DNA of 53,277 nt from a virus (IMGVR_UViG_3300025815_002696:1-53277); one strand, 5' to 3'. Shown: positions 26,471-35,935, counted from the first letter of the stretch. Translations and numbers: made by a program. Notes: generated by a model from the sequence alone, not told the origin.

Positions 26471-26698
26471 ATGTTATCATCAAACGGCCTACAAATGCGA
26501 CCTTTATTCCAAAGAAAACTATGGAAACTAATGAGGAAGAAACGAGTGTACGACAAGCGTGTGAACTTGTACATGCAGAATCAGAACTGGCTGAAAATAA
26601 GGAAACAGAAGGACAGACGTAGACGTAGGATATTGATGAAATTATGGCGAGCCAGCCAATTGGCCATGCTCAAGCGTATGTACAATCAGGCTATTTGA
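26471..26698 (+). CDS. Small, very basic protein
   Basis: GAGGA RBS just upstream; Arg/Lys-rich 75 aa. Confidence 0.5.
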   Translation: MLSSNGLQMRPLFQRKLWKLMRKKRVYDKRVNLYMQNQNWLKIRKQKDRRRRRILMKLWRASQLAMLKRMYNQAI

Positions 26699-26966
26699 TG
26701 AACTGATCCATCGCTTCAGCGTACCACTGTCGGTAGTGCTGTTCTATACGTTCAAATGGAATCTGGTCTCTCTGTGCGACGGGTATACCCGGTAGTTCGT
26801 TCTTCAAAACCTCCTTGTTGATGAGATCAAGTACCACGGTGTATTCCAGCATCTTGCCTGGACCGATCTTTTTCTTGGACAGTTCAACGAACTCGTCAAA
26901 CTTCTTGTCTGGTTTGATTATATACTTGACACAGAAGAATCTTTTCTTGTTGTGTTTACTACCCAT
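26691..26966 (-). CDS. Hypothetical protein
   Basis: 91 aa, overlaps the clamp loader stop. Confidence 0.65.
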   Translation of the reverse strand: MGSKHNKKRFFCVKYIIKPDKKFDEFVELSKKKIGPGKMLEYTVVLDLINKEVLKNELPGIPVAQRDQIPFERIEQHYRQWYAEAMDQFIK

Positions 26967-27885
26967 TTGATAACCTCGCTAGTTTGATCATTACACTTGC
27001 TAAATTTATCTCAGGATCAGCAACAAATGAATGATCCACCAACCCTTGTTTTATAATCAGCACCGCTTTGTCCTGTGCGTCCTCATCTTTAGATATGATT
27101 TCCAAGTTGTCATACAACCATCTGTATATCTCCTCACACTCTTCTGGTCTCGCTTGGGCACAGACAAGTTTCCTTGCTTCTTGTATCTTGCCCTGCTTGA
27201 ACAGATCTACCATCTGCAGTCTGTAGTCCTGTTGTCCTGAGTCGCCACTTGCTGGTGGCATAAGTTTTCCGTCCCTAGCATTCTGTTGTAACATGTTGAT
27301 GCATTTCCTCATGTCAGGATAACTGGCTTTCACATATGTGTCCAGTATCTCTATGTCAGGTGTCACACCTTCCTGTATCAGTATCTCACATGCCCTTGCT
27401 GTGAACTCTGTCTTGTCTATGGTCTCCATGTGGAAGCCTTGGCATCTTGAATGCAGTGCTGGTATGACCCTATTGGGATAGTTGCAGGTCAATATGAATC
27501 TCGCTGAAGTGTGATACATCTCCATAACACCACGCAACGCCGCCTGACCATTTGGTGACATGTAGTCTGCTTCATCTAGCAACACATACTTGTATGCTCC
27601 AAATGGCATGATCTGTACGAAGTTGTTGATCTTCTCACGCACAGTGTCCACGGAGTTTTCCCTCGAAGCATTTATCTCCAGGATGTCATAACTGCTGACA
27701 TCCAGTTCTCCAAACAACACCTTCGCTAGTGTGGTCTTGCCCACCCCTGGTGCACCACTCAATAGTAAGTGTGGGATCGCTTTGTCGTCAATCCAAGATT
27801 GTATCTGTTGTCTTTGTGCTTCGTCTCTGACCACGTACTCTTTCAGAGTCTTAGGTCTGTATTTTTCTACCCATAAATCTTTCAT
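26959..27885 (-). CDS. Sliding-clamp loader AAA+ subunit (T4 gp44 / RFC small subunit-like)
   Basis: LWVEKYRPKTL, GAPGVGKT, EINAS, LLDEAD, SRC; preceded by TAGACA-N17-TAATAT-N7-ATG. Confidence 0.93.
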   Translation of the reverse strand: MKDLWVEKYRPKTLKEYVVRDEAQRQQIQSWIDDKAIPHLLLSGAPGVGKTTLAKVLFGELDVSSYDILEINASRENSVDTVREKINNFVQIMPFGAYKYVLLDEADYMSPNGQAALRGVMEMYHTSARFILTCNYPNRVIPALHSRCQGFHMETIDKTEFTARACEILIQEGVTPDIEILDTYVKASYPDMRKCINMLQQNARDGKLMPPASGDSGQQDYRLQMVDLFKQGKIQEARKLVCAQARPEECEEIYRWLYDNLEIISKDEDAQDKAVLIIKQGLVDHSFVADPEINLASVMIKLARLSNG

Positions 27886-27890
27886 ATGTG

Positions 27891-28934
27891 TTATATTACA
27901 GAAGTTTCCTTTGCTTGTCTATATAATTGTTCAGTTGCCATGTTTTTTCCTTTGGCCTCTACCTGTATGTCAAAGTTTTCTGAGAATGACAATGCCCAGT
28001 CATTTACCTTCCTGTTTGGTAATAGGTCCGAGTGTGCTCTCAGTTTCTGTTTCTTGCAACCACGCTCCAACAACATCTTGATGTCGTGCATCTCAGTGTG
28101 TGTTCGGTCTCCCAGTCCTGCAACCGCCAAGTGTTCATCTCTGGAATACGAGTAGTGCATACTGGGTCTCACACCACGCCAACTGTCTATGACTCTTTTT
28201 ACCCTGTCGTCTGTTGCCTCGATGTATTCTTCATCTCTGATCCAATGGTGATGGATGTCCAGAACCAGTGCTAGGTGTTTATCTAGCATCAACGACTGTT
28301 CCAGTCCATGGCTCATCTCGTCATTCTCAATAGTGATCAGGTTCCTTGCTTCCTGTGATAGTCGGGGCAACACTTTTATGATTCCGTCTGGTCCTTGCTT
28401 GCCTGATATGTGTACGTTTATCTTGCAACCGTCCTGGAATGTTTTGCCGAAACCCATCCAACGTGCCATGTCCGCATGGTATTCAAATTCCTCTATGCTA
28501 CGTTCAACGATGTCTGGAGTAGCACTTGACAGCACACAGAACTGGCCCGGATGGAAACTAACTTTTACACCTAACTTTCTCGACATCTCACCAACCGGTG
28601 CGAATAAATTTTCTAAGTGACTCTGTATGTTGGGTTGTTGCCACCATGTCTTCCAATCTTTCTCTGTGTAGCCCTGTAGCATCTCGCTACCTAGCCTGAC
28701 CATTCTACGTTCGGGTGGCAGTGTGCCCACACGTTCTATCAGTCTACGTGCGGCCGTTGTGTTGTGGGTCATGATGTCCCACTGTCTCTGTTCGGCCTCA
28801 TCCTTGTGTTCACGTAGCCAACGCATGGTTGTGCTTCTGCCGTTCAGTTCCCTGTCCTTGGCGTTGACTTTCATGCCGCCAAACTCCGACTCATTGTTGA
28901 GCCATTTACAACAGAAACCAAAACGTTGTACCAT
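27891..28934 (-). CDS. uvsE: UV DNA damage endonuclease UvdE/UvsE
   Basis: SFHPGQF.VL.S, INVH, IENDE, VLDIHHHW, HYS, RAHSD, VEAKGK. Confidence 0.9.
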   Translation of the reverse strand: MVQRFGFCCKWLNNESEFGGMKVNAKDRELNGRSTTMRWLREHKDEAEQRQWDIMTHNTTAARRLIERVGTLPPERRMVRLGSEMLQGYTEKDWKTWWQQPNIQSHLENLFAPVGEMSRKLGVKVSFHPGQFCVLSSATPDIVERSIEEFEYHADMARWMGFGKTFQDGCKINVHISGKQGPDGIIKVLPRLSQEARNLITIENDEMSHGLEQSLMLDKHLALVLDIHHHWIRDEEYIEATDDRVKRVIDSWRGVRPSMHYSYSRDEHLAVAGLGDRTHTEMHDIKMLLERGCKKQKLRAHSDLLPNRKVNDWALSFSENFDIQVEAKGKNMATEQLYRQAKETSVI

Positions 28935-28940
28935 GCTTAT

Positions 28941-28968
28941 ATTATAACAGATATTTTTGTAATGTCTA
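28941..28968 (-). promoter_or_regulatory. Sigma70-like promoter for uvsE
   Basis: TAGACA-N16-TATAAT-N6-ATG. Confidence 0.65.
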
Positions 28969-29358
28969 CTCTTCTAGAAGTGTCTGCATCATGGCCCAGT
29001 GTCCTATGATGTTGCTACAATCCAGTTTGAAGCCAAACTCTCTGTCTATGTCTCGTAGGATTTTGTTGGCCTTGGCCATGCTCAACCCTGCGTTGGCTGG
29101 TAATTGTAGTGCGTTCATTGTTTTCCTTTTGAGTGCTGTTGCGGCCTGTACCCTGTGCCATCCATCTGTCAGTAGATAGTATCCCGAATCCTTTATGGGT
29201 GTGACCAGTATTGGATCCCACACACCATCCTTCTTTAACTTGTTGATCCATGTTCTCTTCTCTTTATTGAGTGGACGTACTGCACCTAGGCCCATCTCTG
29301 CCATGGTGACCAGTTTGCTTATTTCTACTTTGATTTTTTTAATCTTAATCGCTTTCAT
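28966..29358 (-). CDS. ParB/Srx N-terminal-like domain protein
   Basis: PILV...YYLLTDGWHRVQA. Confidence 0.7.
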   Translation of the reverse strand: MKAIKIKKIKVEISKLVTMAEMGLGAVRPLNKEKRTWINKLKKDGVWDPILVTPIKDSGYYLLTDGWHRVQAATALKRKTMNALQLPANAGLSMAKANKILRDIDREFGFKLDCSNIIGHWAMMQTLLEE

Positions 29359-29587
29359 ATTGTATGTAATCTATGTCCGTTATTATTTCCCATCCAGGCC
29401 CACGTGGGAATGGTCTTCTTTGTGGGAAGTCATTCTCATTTGAGATCTCTCTGTACTTGTTTGCACAGGCTGGACCACAGAAAGGCCTTATCAGCCTTTT
29501 TTCGTACTTTGTATCGTGTATGCTGTCGTACCAGTATATTGCGTTTGTGAAAGTTTTCTTACAGACGTAACAGGTGTGATTAATCAT
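29345..29587 (-). CDS. Small Zn-finger-like protein
   Basis: CYVC ... FCGPAC (TRASH/MYM-like spacing). Confidence 0.6.
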   Translation of the reverse strand: MINHTCYVCKKTFTNAIYWYDSIHDTKYEKRLIRPFCGPACANKYREISNENDFPQRRPFPRGPGWEIITDIDYIQYESD

Positions 29588-30023
29588 TGCCAGGCAGTTT
29601 GGTCATCTGACTAGCACCGCCCATGTTGATGTACCCTGCTTGTTTAGAGTTGAACTCCGGCTCGTCATCCGATACAAGTAAGATGTCATTCTCGTCAATC
29701 ATTCTTACTTCTAGTTCCACGCCCTTTTTCTTGACCTTGAATCCTCTGCTCCAACGTCCATGTGACACCATGACCCATTGTCCCACTGTGACGTCTTCCT
29801 GCTGATCACCGATTGCATAGACCTTGGCCCATCTAGGGTGTATGCCTGATTCTGATCCGTCGTCGTCTGTGAGTATGATACCGCCCTTGGTCTTGGTCTC
29901 ACCAAAGTGCATGTCGGAAACCAGCACTCTCTTCTTGAGAGGTTTGATGTCGTTGTCAACGGTGTATTGTTTTCCACCGTGTGATCCGAAGCCCTTCGCT
30001 TGTAAATCTTCTAGTTGTCCCAT
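29580..30023 (-). CDS. groES: GroES-like co-chaperonin
   Basis: IKPLKKRVLV, KTKGGIIL, VYAIG, VGQWV, ENDIL; preceded by TTGACG-N17-TAAAAT. Confidence 0.85.
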   Translation of the reverse strand: MGQLEDLQAKGFGSHGGKQYTVDNDIKPLKKRVLVSDMHFGETKTKGGIILTDDDGSESGIHPRWAKVYAIGDQQEDVTVGQWVMVSHGRWSRGFKVKKKGVELEVRMIDENDILLVSDDEPEFNSKQAGYINMGGASQMTKLPGND

Positions 30024-30044
30024 TATAGGATTATTTTAACAGAT

Positions 30045-30509
30045 TTATTCCAGTCCGTCAAGAGCCGCGTCTATGCCTTTTTTGGCTGTGCTCTCTGTTT
30101 TTGGTTTGAAAGTTTCCACTGGTGTTGATTCAACTGGTTTTGTAACCGTCTCTACCTTAGGCTCCACCTTCTTGGGCTGTGGTGCAACGGTTTTCTTTGG
30201 TGCTGGCTTACTTGCCACAGGGGTCATCTTCTGCACTGTCTTGACAGGTTCTGCCTTTGGTGCTGGCATAGGTTTGCCTTTGACTGGTGTGTCACTGACC
30301 ATGCCCTTGGGTTGTTCGTAGTACTTTTTGATCACATCTGCTTTGGGTGTGATCACCTGTCCACCTGCTCCCAACACATCTCCCCTTGCGTTGACATTCA
30401 TGTTACCAACTGCCTGCACTGATTCGTTGGCCGCTCTAAGTTTCTCTATGTCCACCATACGTCCCTGCATGGTTCTGTACATTCTTTTTCTGGGTGCTCT
30501 TGCTACCAT
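30045..30509 (-). CDS. Hypothetical protein with a Pro/Lys-rich tail
   Basis: 154 aa; TAAGTA and AGGAG upstream. Confidence 0.7.
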   Translation of the reverse strand: MVARAPRKRMYRTMQGRMVDIEKLRAANESVQAVGNMNVNARGDVLGAGGQVITPKADVIKKYYEQPKGMVSDTPVKGKPMPAPKAEPVKTVQKMTPVASKPAPKKTVAPQPKKVEPKVETVTKPVESTPVETFKPKTESTAKKGIDAALDGLE

Positions 30510-30553
30510 ATCTTTAAACTCCTATATAATTACTTATCATCTAAAAATTTACA

Positions 30554-31237
30554 CTATTTTTTTACAATCTTACCAGTGACCCTCAGGGTCAACCTAGGCC
30601 AATAACCAAAATTTGCACTGCCATGCGGCAACTCAACGTTTTTCCAAGCAATTACATCACCCTGTTTCCATGTCAAAAAATTATCTCCCATTTGAAAACA
30701 CTGTCCAAGTTTCTGATCTTCCAGCATTATCAACCATCGTTTGACTTCGTCTTCTTGATCGGGACTGTCGGCAAACACATTGGACTTGAATCCATCATAG
30801 TGCAGTGGAAATACCTGCCCGGGCTGTTGCACAGTGAAGTTTATGTCGGCGGTGTCCCAATCTATGGGAAAATAGTCACGTATCTGTTGTATGGTTTTCT
30901 TCCTGGTGACCTGGTCTGTGCAGTCATAATACAGACCACGGCCTGCGGATTCTCGCAGTTGATCGTAATCTGGGTCGCTCAACCAAGACTCTAGCGTTTC
31001 TTCATCTATGTCCACGATGTTTCTGTAGTAGGTATTCTTGTATCTATTGGTACTTGCTTTCTTATCAAACCACTTTACCTTTGCAAAACGGTCTTTTTGC
31101 AATAGGGAGATGACCATGTTGTGTACGTGATTGATCTTGTCAGAAGGTATGTTGAAAAGTATGACTTTGTCAGCACTGGTAGTTTTTTTTACTTTTTTAG
31201 TGTGAAAGTTGTGTTGGAATTCAAACCATTTCTTCAT
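30554..31237 (-). CDS. Cupin/2OG-Fe(II) oxygenase-like protein, paralog of 24140..24619
   Basis: QQPGQVFPLHYD, WKQGD, PHGSAN.G, LRVTG. Confidence 0.65.
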   Translation of the reverse strand: MKKWFEFQHNFHTKKVKKTTSADKVILFNIPSDKINHVHNMVISLLQKDRFAKVKWFDKKASTNRYKNTYYRNIVDIDEETLESWLSDPDYDQLRESAGRGLYYDCTDQVTRKKTIQQIRDYFPIDWDTADINFTVQQPGQVFPLHYDGFKSNVFADSPDQEDEVKRWLIMLEDQKLGQCFQMGDNFLTWKQGDVIAWKNVELPHGSANFGYWPRLTLRVTGKIVKK

Positions 31238-31261
31238 TGTGTTTTTACTTACCTATGATGA

Positions 31262-31783
31262 TTATCTTAGGAATTCTTTTATGTCTAGGTCATACAGCAT
31301 GGGATTGATCTTGTGTACCCCGATCAGGAACAGACAGAAACTGGCCACACTGGATCCTCTGCCCACTCCCCAAACTACATTGTTGGCCCTCAGTGTGTCT
31401 ATGAAATAGATCAGGAACTGTAAAACTTTGATAAAACTTTTCTTCTCAAACAGATCATACTCCATCTGCACCCTCATTTTCTCTTCATCATTCTGGCATT
31501 TGTCCAACAACCATTGTAGCACATTAATTTGATAATACTTGTCAGGCATGTGCCAGTTGTCGCAGTTCTCTTTGTCGAATATCTCAGGCGTTGGTCTCTC
31601 GGGTGCCGTGTTGATCACGGGTAGGTCTATGCCCAGTTCCTTGAGGCTGTCCGAATACTTGTCTATGTCGTTGAAGTAAAGTTTTGAAATGTCAAATTCT
31701 GGATCGGTGTACAGCAATTCGATCACATCCTCTTCCGAGAATATCACATCACCGTGGTCATTTATCTTTGTCTTTGCCGCCAT
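31262..31783 (-). CDS. dnaE: Stand-alone fragment of DNA polymerase III alpha (DnaE)
   Basis: RV..E, WGVGRGSSVAS...LIGVHKINP..YDL...EFLR, matching the DnaE GxGRGS region; ends before the catalytic PDxD motif. Confidence 0.8.
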   Translation of the reverse strand: MAAKTKINDHGDVIFSEEDVIELLYTDPEFDISKLYFNDIDKYSDSLKELGIDLPVINTAPERPTPEIFDKENCDNWHMPDKYYQINVLQWLLDKCQNDEEKMRVQMEYDLFEKKSFIKVLQFLIYFIDTLRANNVVWGVGRGSSVASFCLFLIGVHKINPMLYDLDIKEFLR

Positions 31784-32393
31784 CTAGTACCTTTGGTTGG
31801 AACTCAAATATTTTAGCATGGTACTCGTGCTTCTTGTCAACAGGAATCTCATGATTGTTCCAACTGAAGTGTCCTGTGTAGATGCCTTTGTCGAGTTCTT
31901 GATCATATGTTGCCGTGTCCGCCCTCAACCACCATGGATCAAATTTGCTGAACTTCGCTGAGAACCAATCGGGCCTATCTAACAGTATAAGCTCTTTGCT
32001 GTCTTTGTCAACCGTGTAGGTAATACCATCTCCCTGCCACGAGCTCAGTTCTATGTGATTGATCACGATCTTGCTGTCCAGTATGCTGTTGGCCTTGCAG
32101 AAACACACCGCGGCCATGATCTGGTCATAGGGTGGCTTTGGTAATTCAATGAATCTATTCGTAGTGCTTTTCTTCAAGGTATGATAGAGCGGTTCGTCCC
32201 TCCAGGTTGTGATGGTGTTCGCGAAAACCTGTTCGAAGAGATTTTTCAATCTCTCGAAGTATTCCGTTTGCTCTTTGAGACTGGCAGTGTGTGGTGTCAG
32301 TGATATGTTCAGTTTGTACTCGTTGGCGAACAGTTCACCGTCCACTATGATTATGCTTTTGAATTTTGTCTTCCAAGTAAACGTGTTTGACAT
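31758..32393 (-). CDS. Hypothetical protein, possible degenerate QueD/PTPS (T-fold) homolog
   Basis: 211 aa; pattern aligns loosely by eye with the QueD in this window; TAAATA 6 nt upstream. Confidence 0.5.
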   Translation of the reverse strand: MSNTFTWKTKFKSIIIVDGELFANEYKLNISLTPHTASLKEQTEYFERLKNLFEQVFANTITTWRDEPLYHTLKKSTTNRFIELPKPPYDQIMAAVCFCKANSILDSKIVINHIELSSWQGDGITYTVDKDSKELILLDRPDWFSAKFSKFDPWWLRADTATYDQELDKGIYTGHFSWNNHEIPVDKKHEYHAKIFEFQPKVLDGGKDKDK

Positions 32394-32405
32394 CGAAACT
32401 ATTTA

Positions 32406-32657
32406 CTAGTCGATGTTGACCAGGTCGCCTAGGTCTGGTTCGTTCCTCAATTTCTTGTTGTTCTTGTGCCACTCTTCTATACGCCTCTGTCTGATGGCGT
32501 CTTGGTATGTTCGCAGTGCCTGTTGGAGATTGAAAAGCAGTTCAGGATTACGTCCACGCCTCGCTATGGCCACTTTCCTGTTTAGTTCTTTTATTCTTTT
32601 GGAGATGTCCTCTTCGGACATGTTGCCTATCTCTTCTTGTAATGGATGGAAGTACAT
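32406..32657 (-). CDS. Small helical hypothetical protein
   Basis: 83 aa; AAGGAG RBS. Confidence 0.7.
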   Translation of the reverse strand: MYFHPLQEEIGNMSEEDISKRIKELNRKVAIARRGRNPELLFNLQQALRTYQDAIRQRRIEEWHKNNKKLRNEPDLGDLVNID

Positions 32658-32672
32658 AAGACTCCTTAATTA

Positions 32673-33233
32673 TTAAGCGTACTGTTTGCCCAACTGGTGC
32701 ATCAATACTGTTGTGCCACCGTCTGGCGACATTAATTCATACAGCACTCTCCCAATCCCTACTGAGATCTGATCTGAAGTACCGTCACTGCCGGTTACAT
32801 TGTCCGCTTTGATTATGGCACTTGGGAATGTCAATGTTGATGCCGATGGAGCCACTGTCAAATCTAGGATGATCCTACCCAACGCTCCTGTTGGAAAATT
32901 TGTCAATGTAAATGTGGTGTCTGCTGTGATGGTAAGTGTTTGGTAATGGCCATTTCCGTGATTTAATGTCACTGATCCGCTAGAAACAGAACCGTGTGCA
33001 TATATTGTTTCTGAGTTATTTTTAAATTTGGCTCGTGTAACTTCGTTGTTGGTGAAGTCACTAGATGCATTTAGGTTTGCCTTGTTTGTTTGGAGATTTT
33101 CGATCTCGGTCTTTGCTTCCGTGAAGTTGTTTTTTATCTCGTTGAAGTTGTCCCTGAAACCCTGTGAACTATTATCCTGTCCTGCCTTGGGATATGTTCC
33201 GTCTATGTTTCCTGGTACTATGTTGCTAGCCAT
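32673..33233 (-). CDS. Putative tail/baseplate structural protein
   Basis: YP.AGQDNSSQGFRDNF..IK.NF N-terminus, related to the downstream fibre N-termini; coupled to the baseplate gene. Confidence 0.65.
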   Translation of the reverse strand: MASNIVPGNIDGTYPKAGQDNSSQGFRDNFNEIKNNFTEAKTEIENLQTNKANLNASSDFTNNEVTRAKFKNNSETIYAHGSVSSGSVTLNHGNGHYQTLTITADTTFTLTNFPTGALGRIILDLTVAPSASTLTFPSAIIKADNVTGSDGTSDQISVGIGRVLYELMSPDGGTTVLMHQLGKQYA

Positions 33234-35743
33234 TATTGTATTCCTTTGTCTCTAAATTTAAGATATTTATCGTTGCTTCTCTCCACCTTTATTATTGTGC
33301 CTGCCGACGGCACTTCTTTGGTAAATGTGATGGTTGTCTTCTTGGTTGTTGTATCGTGCGTGAGCGTGATACCCAACTCATGGTCAGCCGATCTCAGAGT
33401 CCCATCTGCTGTCAGGTAAGTTGGTTTGATGTTGTTGTCTGCTGTTACGCCTTGTCCCACGAACACTGTGCTTGTTCCTTCTTTTACAAGTATATCTTCC
33501 TCGTGTATCAGTTCATCAACCACGAAACTGGTTGTGGTCCCGTCTGCTGTGAATGTATCTGTCGCAACTTTACTGGTGCTGACCACATACCTGTCTATGG
33601 TGAATGCTATGTTCTTGAAGTTCAATGACTTGTCCTCAATCCTCTTCTTGACCAGTGCTGATGTTCCCGGTTTGCAATAACACACAGGCACTGCCATCAC
33701 GTATCCCAGTGGTGCGAGGTCACCGGCCTGTGTGGTCTTCATCCAAAGCGGTAGGTAATCCCATTCCTTGTGTCCCAGGCTCTTCATCCTGGACCTCATG
33801 TTGGCCACAGCATTAGGATATAGTGTTTCTATAACTCCAAGATCCGCACTCAGTTGGTTGGCGTATCTGACCTTTGAACCTGACGTGCTGAAGGCAAGTC
33901 CTCCATCTGTGGTTACTTCATAGTCCACATAATCTGCGGTAGCGTTCATGCTGGATGCCCTAGGTCCCAAAATTGGTTTGGTCACAACATCTCTCATGTT
34001 TATGGAACTAGAGACTGCAACACCATCTTTGTTTACCATGTTGTCTTTTATTTCAAGATAAACGACCTCATACTTTGTTGTCGTGCCTTCTTTGGCCACA
34101 GCCGTCTTCAGGTCTCCGAAATACAAAGTCTTGGGAGCATGGTTCTGCTCCATCTGTTGTTGGAATGTTGTCAATGTCTGTGCTTCCAATCCTGACATCA
34201 TCAACATGTCCGGTTTGAGCCTCATACCAAAATTTTCATCCTCTGGTCTGAATATGTTGTCCACAGAGTTGATGTTGGGATCCTGTGCTATGTTGTAGAA
34301 TATGTTTTGGTCAATGAATGATGTGGCGTGTCCTGACATGTTACCATACTCCGTTTGTGTGAATGGTATGTCTATGTTCACAGTGAATTCCTTAGATGTG
34401 GCCGCCGACTGGTACTGGTCACTCACCGTGACTGTGAATGTGTAAGCCCTAGTTGAATCAGTGAAGTCGCTTGGGTCTATGGTACCCACAAGATTTCCTT
34501 GATTCGATAGAGTGATTCCCGGAGGCAATGATCCCCTTGTGACTGTATAACTCAGAACACGATCTGGTTCATCGGTAATGGCTTCTATGTATAAAAGGCT
34601 TGGTATGTCTGCCTTCAATGTGCCTATCACGGTAGGTGTGGTAAATGCTATTCCTATGTCTAGTTCACCAATCACCTTCATAGTGAAATTCTGGTCAGTA
34701 AAAACGTTGACACCTGTTGATACCACCCTGTTGGCCCTGACCGTGAACGTGTAGTCAACTTCCACTGCCGATTGTCTTGCTAGTTGTCCATACAGTTCAC
34801 CTGAGTTGACGTCTATGGATACTCCAGCAGGCAAAGAGCCTGACTGTATTGAATATTCAAGATCACCTTGTAGAGGATCAAAGTCCTCAACATCAATTTT
34901 TATGACCAAGGCATTGTCATGTCTAAACGTTCCTAGATCGGATCCTGTCCTGAACACCGGTCTCCTGTTACCACTTAGATCCATTGTCAATGGGGATCCA
35001 TCGATCTCTGTCATGTCTATGGTTATCTGTGAATTGGACACTCTCCAATAATCCGCAGAGTAGACGAATATACTGTTGTTCTGCTCTACGAAACTGGTTC
35101 CATCTGATACCCTGACTATGAAATCAAAATTTTTGCTGATGCTTTTGGTAGTAACGGTTTTGTCATAGACAACATCATCGTAGTCTTCATTGTTGGCATC
35201 AAACCCACCACGTTCACCAAACTTCTGATCTTCCGTTAGTTCAACGATGCCGGATATCAATCCAGATTTGCTCATGGTCACGCCCGGTGGCAGTGATCCT
35301 CTGACGATTTCATAAACCAGGTTCTGTCCCGCCGCTGTGTCTGTATCTGTGGCCTGCACTTGGAATGATACACTTGAACCATCTATGACCCAATACAGTC
35401 CTACACTTGTGGAATCATCCAAACGTAGTTGTCCTGAGGCTGTTGTGAATGTGGGTGCGTCCGCACCTTGAACGTCTAGTGAGAAAGTCCTGTCTGTGAC
35501 AGCGGTACCGGCCGTGGCTCGCACGACGAAGGTGTAAAGAGTTCTTTTGGCAACCTCAGCCGGAGTACCTGTCAAGAGCCCGTCTGTGGTGACCTGCATT
35601 CCTGCGGGTAGGCTCCCTGCTATCACGGAGTAAGTGATGGCCGTTGAATCGCTGGTGTTGGCCTCTAATTGTAGGCTGTATGCGATTTGCTCGTCTATGG
35701 TTGCAATTTTACCTGCCGTGGTTGTCCACACTGGTGTTGCCAT
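33233..35743 (-). CDS. Baseplate wedge-like protein with Ig/cadherin-like repeats
   Basis: Four GSLP(A/P)G...G...G repeats with YTF.V strands; LPLWM motif; TAAATA plus AAGGAG upstream. Confidence 0.7.
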   Translation of the reverse strand: MATPVWTTTAGKIATIDEQIAYSLQLEANTSDSTAITYSVIAGSLPAGMQVTTDGLLTGTPAEVAKRTLYTFVVRATAGTAVTDRTFSLDVQGADAPTFTTASGQLRLDDSTSVGLYWVIDGSSVSFQVQATDTDTAAGQNLVYEIVRGSLPPGVTMSKSGLISGIVELTEDQKFGERGGFDANNEDYDDVVYDKTVTTKSISKNFDFIVRVSDGTSFVEQNNSIFVYSADYWRVSNSQITIDMTEIDGSPLTMDLSGNRRPVFRTGSDLGTFRHDNALVIKIDVEDFDPLQGDLEYSIQSGSLPAGVSIDVNSGELYGQLARQSAVEVDYTFTVRANRVVSTGVNVFTDQNFTMKVIGELDIGIAFTTPTVIGTLKADIPSLLYIEAITDEPDRVLSYTVTRGSLPPGITLSNQGNLVGTIDPSDFTDSTRAYTFTVTVSDQYQSAATSKEFTVNIDIPFTQTEYGNMSGHATSFIDQNIFYNIAQDPNINSVDNIFRPEDENFGMRLKPDMLMMSGLEAQTLTTFQQQMEQNHAPKTLYFGDLKTAVAKEGTTTKYEVVYLEIKDNMVNKDGVAVSSSINMRDVVTKPILGPRASSMNATADYVDYEVTTDGGLAFSTSGSKVRYANQLSADLGVIETLYPNAVANMRSRMKSLGHKEWDYLPLWMKTTQAGDLAPLGYVMAVPVCYCKPGTSALVKKRIEDKSLNFKNIAFTIDRYVVSTSKVATDTFTADGTTTSFVVDELIHEEDILVKEGTSTVFVGQGVTADNNIKPTYLTADGTLRSADHELGITLTHDTTTKKTTITFTKEVPSAGTIIKVERSNDKYLKFRDKGIQ

Positions 35744-35776
35744 TACTTTACTCCTTACACGGGTATTTATTGGCGA

Positions 35777-35935
35777 TTACCGGCTATTATTCTGTGTACG
35801 AATCCAGTGTTCCAGTTGCTGTCGCAGTCCCTCACGTGTGATCTTGTCCTGCTCACGTCGTATGGACTCCTCCAAGCGTTTGATCTCGGAATGTGTAGAC
35901 TTGTGCCTGTTACGGTCGTTCCTGTGTTTCCTCAT
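35777..35935 (-). CDS. 52 aa basic helical peptide, absent from the ORF track
   Basis: Manual translation MRKHRNDRNRHKSTHSEIKRLEESIRREQDKITREGLRQQLEHWIRTQNNSR; AGGGG upstream; fills the gap. Confidence 0.6.
   Translation of the reverse strand: MRKHRNDRNRHKSTHSEIKRLEESIRREQDKITREGLRQQLEHWIRTQNNSR

Noticed and set aside
31238-31300. Intein, intron or frameshift continuing the DnaE fragment
   Set aside because: No intein motifs are present, and the downstream sequence is a short spacer followed by an unrelated oxygenase-like gene with no PDxD motif.
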